Virus record (IMG/VR): IMGVR_UViG_3300028422_000873
From: a virus
Taxonomy: Duplodnaviria > Heunggongvirae > Uroviricota > Caudoviricetes
Strand: one strand, 5' to 3'
Length of the DNA stretch: 64,000 bases
Shown: piece by piece, positions 63,804-64,000 of the stretch
How the letters are laid out: every line of letters starts with the position of its first letter
How positions within the stretch are numbered: the first letter of the stretch is position 1
Notes under the pieces: generated by a model
What the model saw: only the letters and a program-made list of their open reading frames with translations
Told to the model about the DNA's origin: nothing
Databases searched by the model: none
Translations under genes and position numbers: made by a program

Positions 63804-64000
63804 TTAAAAAGCAAAGTCGAAATCAATTTGAGTATCAGTGGCATCCTCTGTATTTAATGCTAATGTTATCTCATAATTATAAATACCTTCTGCCGCTAGA
63901 GCACTCAAAACACCTGTTTTAAATGCATTCCAATATTTACCTTGTAAACGCAGCGTTGAAGGAGCATGGGTTACGCTTACAGTTACAGTAAATGTTTCCT
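63804..64000 (-). CDS. C-terminal fragment of an upstream minus-strand gene (runs off the window)
   Basis: open frame from the window edge to TAA at 63804-63806 (...LALNTEDATDTQIDFDFAF*). Confidence 0.35.
   Translation of the reverse strand, partial: ETFTVTVSVTHAPSTLRLQGKYWNAFKTGVLSALAAEGIYNYEITLALNTEDATDTQIDFDFAF

Overview
This window reads as a segment of a large, AT-rich (roughly one-third GC) virulent tailed-phage genome with two opposed transcription blocks. Positions 1-27400 are a plus-strand run of about 55 short early/middle-type genes, mostly hypothetical. Recognisable among them are an SPFH/band-7 protein, an RtcB-type RNA ligase, a DenV-like pyrimidine-dimer glycosylase, two metallophosphoesterases, an NT5C-type 5'-deoxynucleotidase, a T4 gp55-like late sigma factor, an adenylate-kinase-fold NMP kinase and a thymidylate-synthase-family pyrimidine C5 transferase. 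The same block carries a dense tRNA array of 14 genes at 12763-14406 with a decayed HNH gene embedded in it, plus two outlying tRNA(-like) genes. A bidirectional hairpin at 27403-27422 marks the strand switch. Positions 27432-64000 are a minus-strand late/replication block: a PolC-like DnaQ-PolIII-alpha replicase, gp32-like SSB, UvsX recombinase, dCMP deaminase, Mre11/gp47-like nuclease, TerS/TerL, portal, a protease/scaffold-like protein, acidic scaffold, major capsid protein, charged virion proteins and a tail-fibre-like protein. Two homing endonucleases (GIY-YIG and HNH), each fused to a homologous P-loop kinase-like domain, interrupt the head module. Points worth follow-up are a candidate hypermodified-pyrimidine pathway, a tRNA repair and supply module, a conserved bipartite intergenic promoter-like motif (AACCGATTCGA-N10-12-TGATnnATAT), a tRNA with a triplicated anticodon-loop hexamer, a sequence motif shared between the protease/scaffold protein and the capsid N-terminus, and several paralogous gene/domain families.
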